Below, one piece after another: positions 1 through 12,846 of a stretch of 41,158 bases of DNA. The stretch is from contig NC_069000.1 of assembly GCF_001194135.2 (NCBI RefSeq), forward strand, positions 1,116,468-1,157,625, read 5' to 3'. The first letter of the stretch is position 1; each line of letters opens with the position of its first letter. A model generated the notes under the pieces. The model searched no databases and was not told the DNA's origin. It saw only the letters and a list, made by a program, of their open reading frames with translations. This stretch comes from Octopus bimaculoides. Its lineage: Eukaryota. The position numbers and the translations under genes are program-made.

Positions 1-1082
1 TATATATATATTGGAGCAGGCAGAGGCGTTGCTGTGTGATAAAACGTGTGTGAATCTGAGAGGGGAATATGTTGGATAAAATCATAATTAACTGATCCTC
101 TTGCATTTTCTTTTAACCAAAGCCAGGAACTTTTCAGCACCCTTTCGCATACACACACACGCACACACACAGAGCCACTCGCGCGCTCACACACACACTT
201 ACACATACACAGAGCGGGAGAGGGGGGGAAAAAGGAAGAGAAAAAAAGAGAGAATTATATGTTGCCTAAAATAACCAGCCTGATGAACTTTATATAGCGA
301 GAAGCAGAGTTTCACATCAACGAAACTGAAATATGGAACAAGAGCCAGCAACATTTACGAAGCGACCGGGCCAAGTGTTGCAATTAACAGTTCAAAATTA
401 ATGTCTTCCATGTATCCACGCTCGCCCCTCCCACCTCTTTCTTCTCACACACACACACGTCTTTTCCCGCCTCTGGTGCTGCTTCATTATCTTTCGCATA
501 CTGAGGTCGGTGTTAACAATGGCGAAGCGAACTACCGTCGCTGTGCTTTTCCTTTGGCGTCATGTTTTAATTGTGTAATTTCATGCGAAAGGGCACCGCC
601 CAAGATCTTTCGCGATGTCTTCTTCGTGCTGGTGGAAGCGTGGGAGGGAGGGAGGGAGTTGTGCTCAGACCAAAGAATTAATCAATTGTAACGCCTTGCG
701 ACATGCATAGCCCACATTAATGTACGCACGCACGCACACACACACATNNNNNNNNNNNNNNNNNNNNNNNNNNNNNNNNNNNNNNNNNNNNNNNNNNNNN
801 NNNNNNNNNNNNNNNNNNNNNNNNNNNNNNNNNNNNNNNNNNNNNNNNNNNNNNNNNNNNNNNNNNNNNNNNNNNNNNNNNNNNNNNNNNNNNNNNNNNN
901 NNNNNNNNNNNNNNNNNNNNNNNNNNNNNNNNNNNNNNNNNNNNNNNNNNNNNNNNNNNNNNNNNNNNNNNNNNNNNNNNNNNNNNNNNNNNNNNNNNNN
1001 NNNNNNNNNNNNNNNNNNNNNNNNNNNNNNNNNNNNNGTGGGAAGTTATAAGAAATTAAAACATGGATTAAAAAAATTATTG

Positions 1083-1396
1083 TATTCACACCTTTGCTCA
1101 AGGTGGCGTTCTTGTGAGGCTGTTTAAAGAGTGACAACTGTTTCGGCCGCTGTTTTCTCCGGCAGAAAACAGAATTTTATGGAAGCCCGGTGGTCCTTCG
1201 TTTCAGCCATCGCAAAAATCGACGAACAGGAGAGAAGCACTGCAAAACAAAGGCGCACCACCTACCAGTATGACTTCCCCCAACAACGCCGGTCGCAGAC
1301 TGATGTCCGGGGGTCGCATCTAGCAATGGAAGCCTGAACTACCACGGGTTTGTCCCACAGAGAACGTTTCCGCTTACTTTTGGGTATCCATTCGTA
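1083..1396 (-). mobile_element. Mariner DNA transposon 5' end (TIR plus degraded transposase N-terminus)
   Basis: Minus strand from ATG at 1210 reads MAETKDHRASIKFCFLPEKTAAETVVTL*TA, then after a frameshift KNATLSK. This matches the mariner HTH start (xEQRAxIKFCFxLGKTAAETxxML..AY...LSK). TIR-like TACGAATGGATACCCAAAAGTAAGCGGAA with a terminal TA at 1395-1396. Confidence 0.8.
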
Positions 1397-2339
1397 TATT
1401 GTATGTCTTCTATGTACAAATGGACGTACGCCTGCTAGTGTCTTATGTTTAGAGATCTACGTAGATTACCATTGTCCAGTCTGCTTCCAGTAAAGAGATT
1501 AAGCAACTCCTATTCCGAGTAGTGTTACTAGTGATGATATACAGATCAAATTGTGGAAAAACTGTGATAAACCAGAGTTTGTATTATTAGTTTCCTATGA
1601 ACGTTTCATCATTGCAGCTGTTTGGAAACTCTACATTGAATGTTCCAAGTGCCAAGGGATGCTAAACCAAAACAGATCATCAGGGAACACTTTATTGCAT
1701 TATGTTAAGGAGAACAAACGAATAAATGAATTATTAAATAATAAATGAATAATTAAATAATAATTGAATCTACTGCCATATGCACCCTTTCACATACAAA
1801 CATGCATATGTTTGTATATGCACATCTATACACGTGTGTGCATGATGCATGTATATATGTGTGCGTAAGCGTGTGTGAGTGTGCGCGTGTATACGCCTAC
1901 ACACACACAACTATTCCACAAGTCACACAATAAAAGCATACACAACACAACAGAGCGAATATGTTTTCATCTTATCAAACTGTACATTGACTGGTTATAG
2001 CGTATAACTGTTGAGAATGATGCCATTGGTTTCGTGTCGAAGTCGTCCGCTGGCATTCAGACCAGTTGTACGCCACAACCGATTATATATTGGTCGGTGA
2101 CAGTCCGGCAAGATGGCAGCCTCGTTAACAATAATAATTTTAACAATAAATAATAAATAAAGGGAGAAACCGATCGGCTTCGCTGCTTTTCTGAGTTAAC
2201 AAAATGCTACAATGACGTCGACGAGCGTAACACCATCCTCTCTTTTCCCACGAGTTCTGACGGTTTGGGATTTGCTAAGAAAACCTCATCTTCGAATGTC
2301 CTTACTTTTCACACGCTATTCTGACACATACGTGCGTGC

Positions 2340-2341
<2 letters not shown>

Positions 2342-2382
<41 letters not shown>
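2342..2382. repeat. (TG)n microsatellite
   Basis: Direct reading. Confidence 0.95.
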
Positions 2383-2384
<2 letters not shown>

Positions 2385-3165
2385 CAGCATATATGCATGT
2401 TTCAATGTTTGAATGTATGTATGTATTAACACACATACATACACATACATATGTATGTATGTATGTATGTAGAGTGACGTGCATGCATGTGCGAATGCGT
2501 ATGTGTGTGCATGCACGTGTATGAATGAGTGCGTCTCTCATTTGTCTTCTGCCTCATACATGTAACAGATCTCAACTTCAATTTCAAGCCGGATTCATTA
2601 TTTTCCAATTACGGTAAATCTTAAACAAGAACCGGGTCGCCCAGACTGAGCGATGACATCGTGGAAAAACAACAAATAAACCTACCAATGGCGCTCAACG
2701 ACTAACATTCCATATTCATGCAACAACGTCAGCAAAAAAGGTGTCGACTGCAAATCAGTTAAATTTTTAAATAAGATAAACTCAGCAAGAGAAGAGGACT
2801 GATGGGGTGTGACGAACAATAAAACAGAGGAATGGACAGACGAAGGTGGGCATGCGTTCATGTCAGGCCCTGTTCAATACAGTTTGTAAGACGAACGACT
2901 CCTACCACGTTAAAGACTACTTCATGATAGCTGACCCTTGCCGCCATTCACTCGCTCGAGCAGCTGAGCGATATGTGTCTCCATTCTTACTACATCAGGT
3001 GGCACGCATTTTTACCAGCCAGACGACCCAGGAAGACAGCTAAGACAGATGGTATAGACAGACGACAGGAATTTCTGTCGCCACGAATATAGCACAATTG
3101 TTCCCAATTCTGGTGGGCAAGACTCAGGTTGCCGTATCACTAACTTGTTGTAAACTCCAAGCAGT

Positions 3166-3166
3166 A

Positions 3167-3222
<56 letters not shown>
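3166..3222. repeat. (TC)n microsatellite
   Basis: Direct reading. Confidence 0.95.
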
Positions 3223-3225
<3 letters not shown>

Positions 3226-3245
3226 ATCTAATTATTGCTGTTGTT

Positions 3246-3754
3246 AACTGTAAAAGGCCAATGCAATTTGTCTTTCTGTGCGATAATAAAATCTTCTGTT
3301 AAATGTTCGCGATTGGTGTTCAGTTACTTCTATTCGCAGCCCAAGAGGCATATTCAGTCAGTGACCACCACAAACCGACCAACAACCTTCAGACCGCGAC
3401 AATAGATTTTAGGGATTTCCGCTGAAATCTTTCGTGTTGATTCGGGGTCCGGGCGTCAGATGAGAATAGTCGGGTTGTGAAGACCATAGCATCATAAATG
3501 CTAATCTTGATGGTAAGTTTCAAGTCCCAGTCTAACTGTTCTTGTTTTTTCAGTGACTCCAAAACAATGGAAAACTTCTCAATCTCCAAACCGATCTCAG
3601 AGTCTAGGGACCCATTTTTGAAGACAGGAAGACTGACATACTGAGGACGAATCCACCACATCGAGTCTGGTTCCTTGCAGAAACATATTTGGTTCCACAC
3701 GCAGTGCAGGTGTAAAAGTCACTACTCACCTTAATTTTCTCCAAGCTTATTGCA
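3246..3754 (-). mobile_element. RTE-clade LINE reverse transcriptase C-terminal fossil
   Basis: Frameshifted minus-strand peptides ISLEKIKV / EPNMFLQGTRLDVVD / NGSLDSEI...DLKLTIKISIYDAMVFTTRLFSSDARTP...ERFQRKSLKSI / QKDKLHW follow the RTE/BovB pattern (ISLxKTKV; GSLDxEIxxRI; TKIxVYxAxVxTxLLYxSExWT; ERFHQxCLRxI; QLRW). Confidence 0.82.
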
Positions 3755-3768
3755 CATACACACATACA

Positions 3769-3800
<32 letters not shown>

Positions 3801-4559
3801 CACATACATACATACAAAAATACTATGTTGTTGATGTTGATATTTCAAGGAAGGAGTCTTGACTCTAGGATAGAAACCGACTCTTTCTCTGTTGGCAAGA
3901 AATCTTGAAATAAAACTGAACAATTACATACAGTTATGAAGAAACGCGGATGTTATGTGCACATGCGCACACAGATAAACAAACGTAGGCATGTCCCCAT
4001 ATAAGCGCAAACATGTGAGTATATAAACAAACCACAAACTTACACACACACACACACACACATAAACAGATACACACAATTACATGTACACACTTCGACA
4101 TATGCACACAAACACACATCTATGCAATCACACCCACCCACCCACNNNNNNNNNNNNNNNNNNNNNNNNNNNNNNNNNNNNNNNNNNNNNNNNNNNNNNN
4201 NNNNNNNNNNNNNNNNNNNNNNNNNNNNNNNNNNNNNNNNNNNNNNNNNNNNNNNNNNNNNNNNNNNNNNNNNNNNNNNNNNNNNNNNNNNNNNNNNNNN
4301 NNNNNNNNNNNNNNNNNNNNNNNNNNNNNNNNNNNNNNNNNNNNNNNNNNNNNNNNNNNNNNNNNNNNNNNNNNNNNNNNNNNNNNNNNTGACTGCGGTG
4401 GTGGTGTCAACAGCTGCCGACTGCTGTCATCCGTTAAGTCGAGGTTGTTAAAGAAAGCCAACAGACTGAAGATGGTCCCTTAAGCGCAACCGCGCATCAA
4501 AAACGGAGGAGTGTTTGGGTGACGACGACGACGACGACGACCATGGCTGGAATTTGGAA

Positions 4560-4876
4560 GACAAAACCTAAAGAAGCCCGTTGTGTGTATTGGTCAGAGG
4601 TAGATTTTGCGAGTGTGTGTGTGTGTGTGTGTGTGTGCCTGTGTGCGTGTGTGTCTTTCTGTCTGTGCTTGTCTACCACCACCACCACTTGATAACCGGT
4701 GTTGGTGTGTTTCGTCCCCGTAATGTAGCGGTTCGGCAAAAGTACTCGATAGAATAAGTATCAGGCTTTAAAAAAATAAGCACTGAGGTCTATTTATTCG
4801 ACTAAAAATTCTTCAAAGCAGTGACCCAGCATGACCGCAGTCTAATGACTGATACAAGTAAAAAAAAATAAAAGAT
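4560..4876 (+). mobile_element. CORE-type SINE, 5'-truncated
   Basis: AAAGAAGCCCGTTG, then (TG)n, then the same tail as the 11780 copy, ending in an A-rich tract. Confidence 0.8.
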
Positions 4877-5399
4877 ATATATAAAACAAATCAATTACAA
4901 AAAAAAACAACCCAAAAGCAATACATGTTCAAGTGACGTTCACAGCTAATTTTATTAGGTTGATGCTCAAAGAAGGGACAAAGTAAGTCATAGAGTGACA
5001 GTATAACGTTTCGGATAAAATTGTTTGTCGAATACAAAAGGAAATTCTAAAAGAAAAGAAAAGGAAGGAAAGAGCCAGGGAAAAAAAGACACAGATTGGT
5101 TATTTCATATGTTCGATTTCTAACCGGAAATGTAAGATGTAACTGTGGTTTTTAATGACAAGAGAGTGTGCGTGTGAATATGTGCACGGGTGAATGCGCG
5201 AGGATGTATGAAAGCAGATGTATATATTGTGTGCATATGTATTTGCATGTGTTATTTGTATGTGTGTCCGTCTGTGTCCATGTGTGTATAGGAGGTACGA
5301 GTAGTGTTTGTGTGAGTGTAAGAGAGAGTGCTTATATACATAATTAAATACAGAGATATATAAGTGATGGATTCTCTCGTCGTGAACGACAAATGAGGA

Positions 5400-5990
5400 T
5401 TGTTCCATGTTTGGGACATTGACTTTCTCTGGGGTGATGGCCTCCCTGCGGCGCTTGCCTCCCTGTGTGATGCTCGTCGTTTATCATAAGTATTCGTTCA
5501 CGAATGCCTGCAGCCGTTTTACCTGTTTGCGATATGTCAGCCATGCCTCTACCCTTATAACCGAGCGGGTCACACTTGTACCCGCGATACTTCGTCCATC
5601 ACTTGGATTGAAAAATATTATTTCTTCCACGCTTGTTCTTTTAACCTTCCAAACACCCGGTTGGCTTTGCTCACCCTGCGATCAAATCCGTCTGACGAGG
5701 TCACCATCATAACTAATTATTCAACCCAGATTGGTAAAGTGATTAGCTTCTTCAAACCCCTTCTTTTTGATATTGGTAGATGAGCGTAAGTTGCGATGTC
5801 TGGTTAGAGTTTGTGTTAGTTCTCCAGGATGTCGATTTTTCCACGCGAAACTTTTACCGTGCTGTATAGAGGAAAGAAACCATCAAGTTGTACTTGTCCC
5901 CGGCGCGATGAGGTCCAAACCCTCTTCTGCTTTCGCACCCAAGCACTCATAAAAAGTTCCTTCCTGAAAGAGTTTTATGATCAATTCGCG
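5400..5990 (-). mobile_element. Second RTE-clade LINE RT fossil, heavily degraded
   Basis: Minus-strand peptides EANHFTNLG*IISYDGDL / DRRVSKANRVFGRLKEQAWKK / VEAWLTYRKQVKRLQAF match FxYLGSxISxDG / RIxKAxxxFGRLxxxVW / EAWTxYRxxxKxLxAF. A possible SFDRVEH motif near 6075 could extend it to about 6180. Confidence 0.75.
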
Positions 5991-6297
5991 TGTCAGAGTG
6001 ACTAAGAAAGAATTCGTATCCTGTTCGTAACCAACTTTTAAGGCGGTTCTCGTAGTTTATTGCTTTTATGTTCCACTCGGTCAAAGCTCATCTCACAGTC
6101 CGTCCACTCTTTATCTTTTTACTGTAGTTTCTTCACATGTCCACCTATTTCTTATATAGATTCCTCGCACGGAGGAACAGCTGAATTCTTTTGCTATCAT
6201 CGGAGCTTCAAACAGTTCTACTCTGGAAACAAAAGCTTCTGGAAATTGCTGCTGCTGCTGCTGCTGTTGTCCACTTTCTCCCTTGAATGACTGTTAC

Positions 6298-6510
6298 TGA
6301 CGATTGAACGTTCGAGCTTTCGGGAAAATAAGTACTTTTCAGTATTTGTTCCGGCTCTTTTTATGTTCTGAGTTCAGCCCCCATCGATGCCAACTTTCCT
6401 TTCATTTTCTCGAGGACGATAAAAGAAAGAACCAGTCAAGTACTGGAGTCGCTGGCATTGACATCAGCCCCACCCCCATTCCCCTAAAATTACCTTTTTT
6501 TGCCTAAATT
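6298..6510 (+). mobile_element. Nin/Deu-like SINE, degenerate copy
   Basis: GTTCTGAGTTCAG...CAACTTTCCTTTCATTTTCTCGAGGACGATAAAA...ACCAGTCAAGTACTGGAGTCG. Confidence 0.65.
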
Positions 6511-6853
6511 TACTTTTGTGGGTGGACAGATTTAGTAGAAATGGAGGAAGGGAGATAACTTTTATATCTTGCACTATGTATTTATTTCCCTTTATATTCT
6601 TTTTTCTTGTTCCACTCCAAAATAAAACAAGAAACTGTCACAGAATGGAATCGATCCAATCCATTATAGACCTTCTCTACCAATTTATCCCCTTGTAATT
6701 ATTTTGATATAAATTAAAGGCATTTCTTTCAGTTAATAACCACTAATTGAAAGAGAAAAGTGTGTATGTGTGTGTGTGGGGGTGCATGCGGATATAAGCT
6801 CTTCTACAGACTCGGCTATCAGTCCACAAAGTAAGCCATGGCAAAGTAGTGTA

Positions 6854-6890
6854 ATCATCATCATCATTTAATGTCCGCTTTCTACGCTGG
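6854..6890 (-). mobile_element. (GAT)n-tailed retroelement terminal fragment
   Basis: ATCATCATCATCATTTAATGTCCGCTTTCTACGCTGG. Confidence 0.55.
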
Positions 6891-6953
6891 AAGAATGGGT
6901 CCTGAAAATCCGAGCAATAAATTTGTTCTGTGAGGAATATATAAAAACATAGT

Positions 6954-7036
6954 CAGGAGGTATGAGAGTGAAATATAGATTTATTTAACCAAGTGACGTG
7001 ATTGAATAAATCCATATTCATCTCTCATACCTCCTG
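6954..7036. repeat. 83-nt stem-loop (35-nt arms, 13-nt loop)
   Basis: CAGGAGGTATGAGAG pairs perfectly with CTCTCATACCTCCTG, and the stem continues with few mismatches to the loop CCAAGTGACGTGA. Confidence 0.9.
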
Positions 7037-7819
7037 CACACATACAGAGTCTGAATTATATTTCGATGACTATAAATGGCTATTTAAATATAGATTTACA
7101 ACTAGTTATTTCATTTCAAAATACAATTATGGCGGTCTGCATTCCAAGTCTAGGTCCCACTAAACCCAAATTTGTCTTTCGTTCCTTCCAGAGTCGAATG
7201 AATATGATTCAACAGATTTAATATTTGCATAAAGCATTGTCAAAATGGAAATAGTCAAATGTTGAGGTGGTTTGGCCACATGGAGAGGATGGTGGAGGAG
7301 CGGATGGTGAGGAGGGTGATGAAGGCAGAAGTGGTAGGCAGCAGAACCAGAAGCAGACCTTGGTTTGTGTGGATGGATGGATGGATGGAGTGAGGAAAGC
7401 TTTGGTGGTCAGAGGTGTTGGAGNNNNNNNNNNTTTGGTGGTCAGAGGTGTTGGAGTGAGAGAGGCAAGAGAGTTTATAAACGATGGGAAAGCTTGGAGT
7501 GTGTTTGTGGGTGGATGAGTGAATTCGATGTTGCTCAGTGGAGTACGGAACCTGAATGATGCCACGGGGGGGGGGGAACAAACATATGCTGTCGGGGTCC
7601 TCTGCTGAATTTGGGGGTTGCGTTCTATGCCTTGACCCTTTTTTTAGTTGGGAAAGGAATGGAATGCCTGGTGTGTGTCTTGCTGTGGCTACCTCCTCCG
7701 ACACAAAATGGGGAATAGGCCTGGGTACATATAAGAAAAAAATAAAAACATATTTAAAGATCTTCCCAAGGAATATAGACTCATAAAGCCGGCTTTCCAG
7801 TTTCCATGATGCGTCTATT

Positions 7820-7990
7820 CCACCCCTGAACGGGTCGCCGGTCTTTCGCAGAGTGGCTCACTTTGGCCAGCTGAGTGAACTGGAGCAATGCGACATGAAG
7901 TGTTTTGCTCAAGAACACAACACATCGCCTGATCCGGGAATGGAAACCACAATCTTACAACCACGAGTCCAACATCGTAACCACTAACCC
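7820..7990 (-). mobile_element. tRNA-derived SINE, second CORE-like family
   Basis: Reverse complement: A-box TGGGTTAGTGG, B-box GGTTTCCATTCCC, then GTGTTCTTGAGCAAAACACTT...TTGCTCCAGTTCACTCAGCTG. Confidence 0.7.
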
Positions 7991-8057
7991 ACAGCATATT
8001 AAATACAAATGGAATTTTAAGAATAACATACAAGAAATGTAAGACAGAGTGAAAGTA

Positions 8058-8230
8058 TGTTGTAGTTTAATCGAAGACGAAACTTGACCTATGATCAAAG
8101 ATGTTCTAGCCATGACTATCACGACTTTTAAAGATTTTACAGGAATCCATTATTTAATGTTTTGTTCTTCTATAAAACAGACGGATATGATTCGAGAGAG
8201 ATTTGCTTTTTATTTCTAGTAAATCGAGAC
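8058..8230 (-). repeat. GCTAGAAATAGCAG-family repeat
   Basis: TGTTGTAGTTTAA...GACCTATGATCAAAG...GCCATGAC...GATTTGCTTTTATTTCTAGT is the reverse complement of the family. Confidence 0.6.
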
Positions 8231-10204
8231 AACGTAGTCTCCCTACTTCTTAGCTGAATCGTGCGAGTTGATTGTTGTGTATATACGACCCTATTGTATC
8301 TGAGTGAGTAGAAAAATTACAGGGGAAGGGAGTAAGAAATAAATAGAAAAAAGGGAACAGAAGAAAAGAATGGCTTAGCGCGAGTGTGTGTGTAAGAAGG
8401 TTCGTTGAATGTTTATTGAACCAAGAGAAACATGAAATGGATGAAGACGTTTTGATGCCTTATATATATATTTATCTACACTTTACACATTGAGTTAACG
8501 ATTAATATCGAGTGTATATACAACACAACAGTTATAACAGTTGTAAGAACGTTGGTTAAAGCTAGAAATGCAGCAACATTTGTAGTGGTAATAAATAAAG
8601 TTCGGGCAAAATGATTGAGGAAACGACGGCAGAATTGAAGTCAACTGCCATGATGTGTTTTGGGAGAAGATTTAACGAGAAATGCCGGAAAATGACGGGG
8701 AAAAAAATCGTAAATTCAGTCGTAAACAAGGGAGGTAATCGATTAAATTTTTTGAAAAAACAGAAAAAAGGGAAAAAGTGGAACCGTGAATTGATGAAGA
8801 GACAAAAAGGATATTTATTGAGGTGATCCCTTTTATTTATTTAGTGTGGCAGTCTTTTATTGTTTTTGAGGGTTGAGAAAAAAACAAAACGTAAGGAATC
8901 AAAACAAGAGCAGTCGATCGGAATGAAAGATTTAAAAGAGTCCACAGAATGAAAGATACAACAAGAAATGGAACATGTTTAAGAAAACGGAGCCGCTTTA
9001 TCAGCTTTCTCTCCTCATTGATGTTGGCGATTATATAATTGATACAAGAGAACCATGTGTGGTTTGTTAAAATGATGCAGTGGAGTCTGGATTAATCGAG
9101 GATTTAATAAGATGATGATGATGGGTGCAACAATAACAGAAAGAAACAGCGAACGAATGTTGTTGTTTGATGTGATTTGTGTTGTTGGCGGACGGTGTTG
9201 TAATTGTACTGCTATAGCCACGTGAGTAAGTATTTCGCTGCCTTCTCATAAATAACTGTTCTTCTTCTCATCTGGCGGTTACTTGCTTGTTGGTGGGAGT
9301 GGAGATGATACATATAGCAGGGAAGAGAGAGAAATGGTGTAGAAGAATAGAATTAACATTGATGGAAACAGAGAGAGAGAGAAAGAATGTGACAAAACGT
9401 AAAAAGAAAGACTGGAGCCGAGGAGGTTAGATAGGGAATGACGGACTTGAGTGAAGGGAGTTTAAAATAAAATAGACATAGACATCTAAATAATAAAGAA
9501 GGAAAGTGAGAAATGTTTAAAAAGGTAAGAAAGATCCACGGAGAGAGAGAGAGAGTATGTGTGAGAGACCGTTGAGAGGAAGAGAGAGAAAGGGCGGGAA
9601 AGAGAGATTTGTGTGAATCAGAGACAAAGAGAAAGAAACAGAGGAAGAAGGATTCAAACAAAGAGAGGAAGTGAGAGACTTGATTAGACAAAAGGAGAGA
9701 AAGAGAGAAATAAAAAGGATTTCATGCAGGATCGAGAGGTAAATGGAGGAAAGAAATAAACTTCCTTCTAGTTTTTATTTCTTTCGCCTTGTTTCAAGTA
9801 CGCCATCGATTAACTGTGTGAATACATATATAGATAGATAGATAGATAGATAGATATGTGTGTGTAGGTATAGTTCATTGCATCTCTTCTTCCTTCCTCC
9901 TCTCCTTATTTTGCCAAAAGTCGTCATATTTGTTACCACACTCCATTTCTTAATCCGATCTTCAATTCTGCCTTTCTCTCTCTTTGTCACTCATTTGACA
10001 ATATATCCATACACACACACACACACACAGAGTCCTTTCTGCAAAGACAGACTCACACATATGCAGGTACGTGATTGGGGTACACAAAGTGTATATTTAA
10101 GGTCATTGTTTTATCTGCACAAACTTCAGACTTTTGTGTGTTTCGATGATACTTTTGTTCTTCGTTTAAGATGGGACAGACAAGCAGAGAGGCCAATCTG
10201 CAGT

Positions 10205-10386
10205 CGTTCGACCGGCTAGAAACAGCAGGCAAATCTTCCTCAACTCATAAACTGCTGTCTTAAAAAAAAAAGAATACATTGAGAAAATTTAGGGTGTCCA
10301 TGCTTAGAACCTCTTTGATGATGAATCTGTCTCTTCGATCAGGGGCTTACTCCTTTCCCCTAAACGACTGCAACAAAAACAAAAAC
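10205..10386 (+). repeat. GCTAGAAATAGCAG-family repeat
   Basis: CGACCGGCTAGAAACAGCAGGCAAATCTTCCTC...GTCTTAAAAAA...CAACAAAAAC. Confidence 0.6.
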
Positions 10387-10700
10387 ATGGTTCACGAGGT
10401 GTAAATTCATATAATCATTATTTTGTTATAATTCAAACGGAGAGAATATCTGGCGCCATCCGCTGAAGAAACGAGGCGAAAGATCTTTTATGTATTTATT
10501 ATTATTGTTAACAGTAATTTGTATATTGTTATTGTTAGTTTCTGTGGTTTGACGGACGTACTTCACGAAGTACTTGGAAAGAATTTTGAAAAACAAACAC
10601 AGACGTAAATAATTCATAAAAACTACAATTTACGCACAACATTCTCCAGTTAATGATGTGATTAAATTACAAATAACACGTGCTTTTTTCTTGTATCTCG
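10380..10700 (+). promoter_or_regulatory. Possible promoter or first-exon region of the ZNF gene
   Basis: CpG-retaining unique sequence with TGGCGCCATC (E2F/YY1-like, 10451-10460), just upstream of where CpG depletion begins; no TSS evidence. Confidence 0.22.
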
Positions 10701-10982
10701 TGTGTAAGAGACTTTATATAATGTGCGAATGTGTGTGTACGTACACACATACATACATATAACCACAGGTCAGTTCTGATGAAGCAGAAATTGATTAAAA
10801 AGCATTCCAGCCGTGATCACCTCGTATTTTGGGGGTTCAGACATCATATATTTGGGGCTATTTTACTCAATATGTTCCTTTTTTTTTTAAGACGTTAGGG
10901 TGTGATTTGAGGTAGACAATTGTTATTTCTAGTAGGTCGAAGGAAACTAGAAGCCTCCCTTGGCTTGCGTAACATAATATAT

Positions 10983-11000
10983 TCTCTCTCCCTTTCTCTC

Positions 11001-11072
<72 letters not shown>
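10983..11072. repeat. Compound (CT)n(CTGT)n(CT)n(TA)n microsatellite
   Basis: Direct reading. Confidence 0.9.
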
Positions 11073-11073
<1 letters not shown>

Positions 11074-11779
11074 CTAACGAGCGCAAGGATTTCTATGTGT
11101 AACTTTCGTGTGAACATATACTCACACGCACATACATTCGTGTTTGTGTTTATGTGTATGTATATTCTGAGGTACCTCAGTGCACCTGTGTATATGTGTG
11201 CAACACCCAAACAATATTGCGGATAGATATAACAGGGGTTAGTTGGGAAGTTGTTGAAGTGAAGGGATACAAAATTTCCTGTCGCCTGTCATACCTGTTC
11301 ATTAAGGTGCTCTTAGAACCAGAAAATTTTGGCAGGCCACTGATATTATATAATGTAATGCTCAGTATTAAAAAAAAAAGGCTGGATGGTCACCTCTGGA
11401 ATAGCTATAGTTATAGGTTAAATCTGTCATTATGGCTGACTTTAGGGATAAACATTGAATTTTCTTTAAAAAATGTCAAAACTAGGGTTTCTTAGTTTCT
11501 TACATTCGTTTCACAGTCTTTTAAAATGTTCCAAAGTTTCCCTTCATTTTCTGTTGGCAGATCGACAAGATTTGGAGACCAAGTGAAAGGAAATTCTACA
11601 TTCCTTCACTCTTTTAGTCTTTTATTGGTTTCAGTCATTCGGATATTGATCATGGTAGGACACTGAATTCAAGGGTTTTTGTCAAAAACATGAGTCGCAG
11701 ATTTTAATAGTTTGTTTATCAAATGGTTATGTCACCTTTTGGCACAAAGAGATTGAAAACTGCATTGTTTGATACGAAT

Positions 11780-11909
11780 GTACACAAAACATGGTTCTGG
11801 GTTCAGCCCCACTGTGTAGCACCTTGGGAAGGTGTTTTCTACTATAATCTCATGGCGTCCAGAGGCTTGTGAGTAGATTTGGTAGATGGAAACTGAAAGA
11901 AGCCCATCG

Positions 11910-11947
<38 letters not shown>

Positions 11948-12157
11948 AGTGTCTCTTTGTGTCTGAGTTTGTTCCCCACCACCACTTGACAACCAGTGTT
12001 GGTTTGTTTATGTCCCCATAACTTAGCGGTTTGGCAAAAGAGACTGATACAATAAATACCAGGATTAAGAAGAAAAAAAAAGTACTGGAGTTGACTCATT
12101 CAACTAAAATTCTTCAAGGTGGTACCCCAGCATGGCCACGGTCCTAATGACTGAAAG
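11780..12157 (+). mobile_element. Near full-length tRNA-derived CORE-type SINE (head, CORE, internal TA/TG microsatellite, tail)
   Basis: B-box GGGTTCAGCCCC, CORE-like CACCTTGGGAAGGTG, GAAACTGAAAGAAGCCC, (TA)n(TG)n, tail CTTAGCGGTTTGGCAAAAGAGAC...CCAGCATGGCC...AATGACTGAAA; many related copies in the window. Confidence 0.85.
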
Positions 12158-12165
12158 CCTCAGTA

Positions 12166-12215
<50 letters not shown>

Positions 12216-12846
12216 CATTATTCACGATGGAAACAAACTTCTCAAGCACATAACCACAAATTAAACCCTTTTATTGGCATCTACCTAGGCTTGAGTCAAT
12301 GAGAGGCTTCTTACCTGCAGAAACAGGCAAAGATGGACTGAATCCACTAAACAACATCTTTGATTCTTCAGATTTTATTAGCTTTGGTCAACAGTTGATG
12401 TTGTGACTCGTTTGGCATTTACACATGATATTAACTGCTTGAATGAAGGAAAAGCTACAAAGAATGTGTCTGGAATCTAATTAAATCCCATTGATTCCTT
12501 CTCTGTTTCTTTAATGCCACTGAACTCATGCCCAATGCCTTCAGGCTCATTCTGTGAATATGTTTTTTTCCTTAAATATCAAGTGTTTTATGAACAAAAG
12601 TATTGCTGGTTAAAGTTTCCAGCTGGACCGGTCATTGATTCTGTCTACTTCCAAGGGTGAGGCACATAAACAACTGGCCTTTGTCTCTCACTCACTTCAC
12701 ACATTCCAATAAACTCTATTTTGATTATTCAATGCTTTATCTGAATTTTATTTCCAATGTCTCTGTAGTCATCTTTACAAACATGCACTATTGTACATGT
12801 TGGATAGAATTATTATCTGCCAGCTGAGGAGCCTAGAGCATTAAGC

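Noticed and set aside
2830-3170. Possible continuation of the RTE fossil beyond the (TC)n tract (DVVRME...QLL)
   Set aside because: Only a few residues match; too weak to annotate by eye.
3825-3930. Sequence that looks like a dispersed repeat next to (TACA)n
   Set aside because: No second copy in the window, so it cannot be supported here.
7401-7456. 23-bp direct repeat TTTGGTGGTCAGAGGTGTTGGAG flanking a 10-N gap
   Set aside because: Typical unmerged contig overlap, an assembly artefact.
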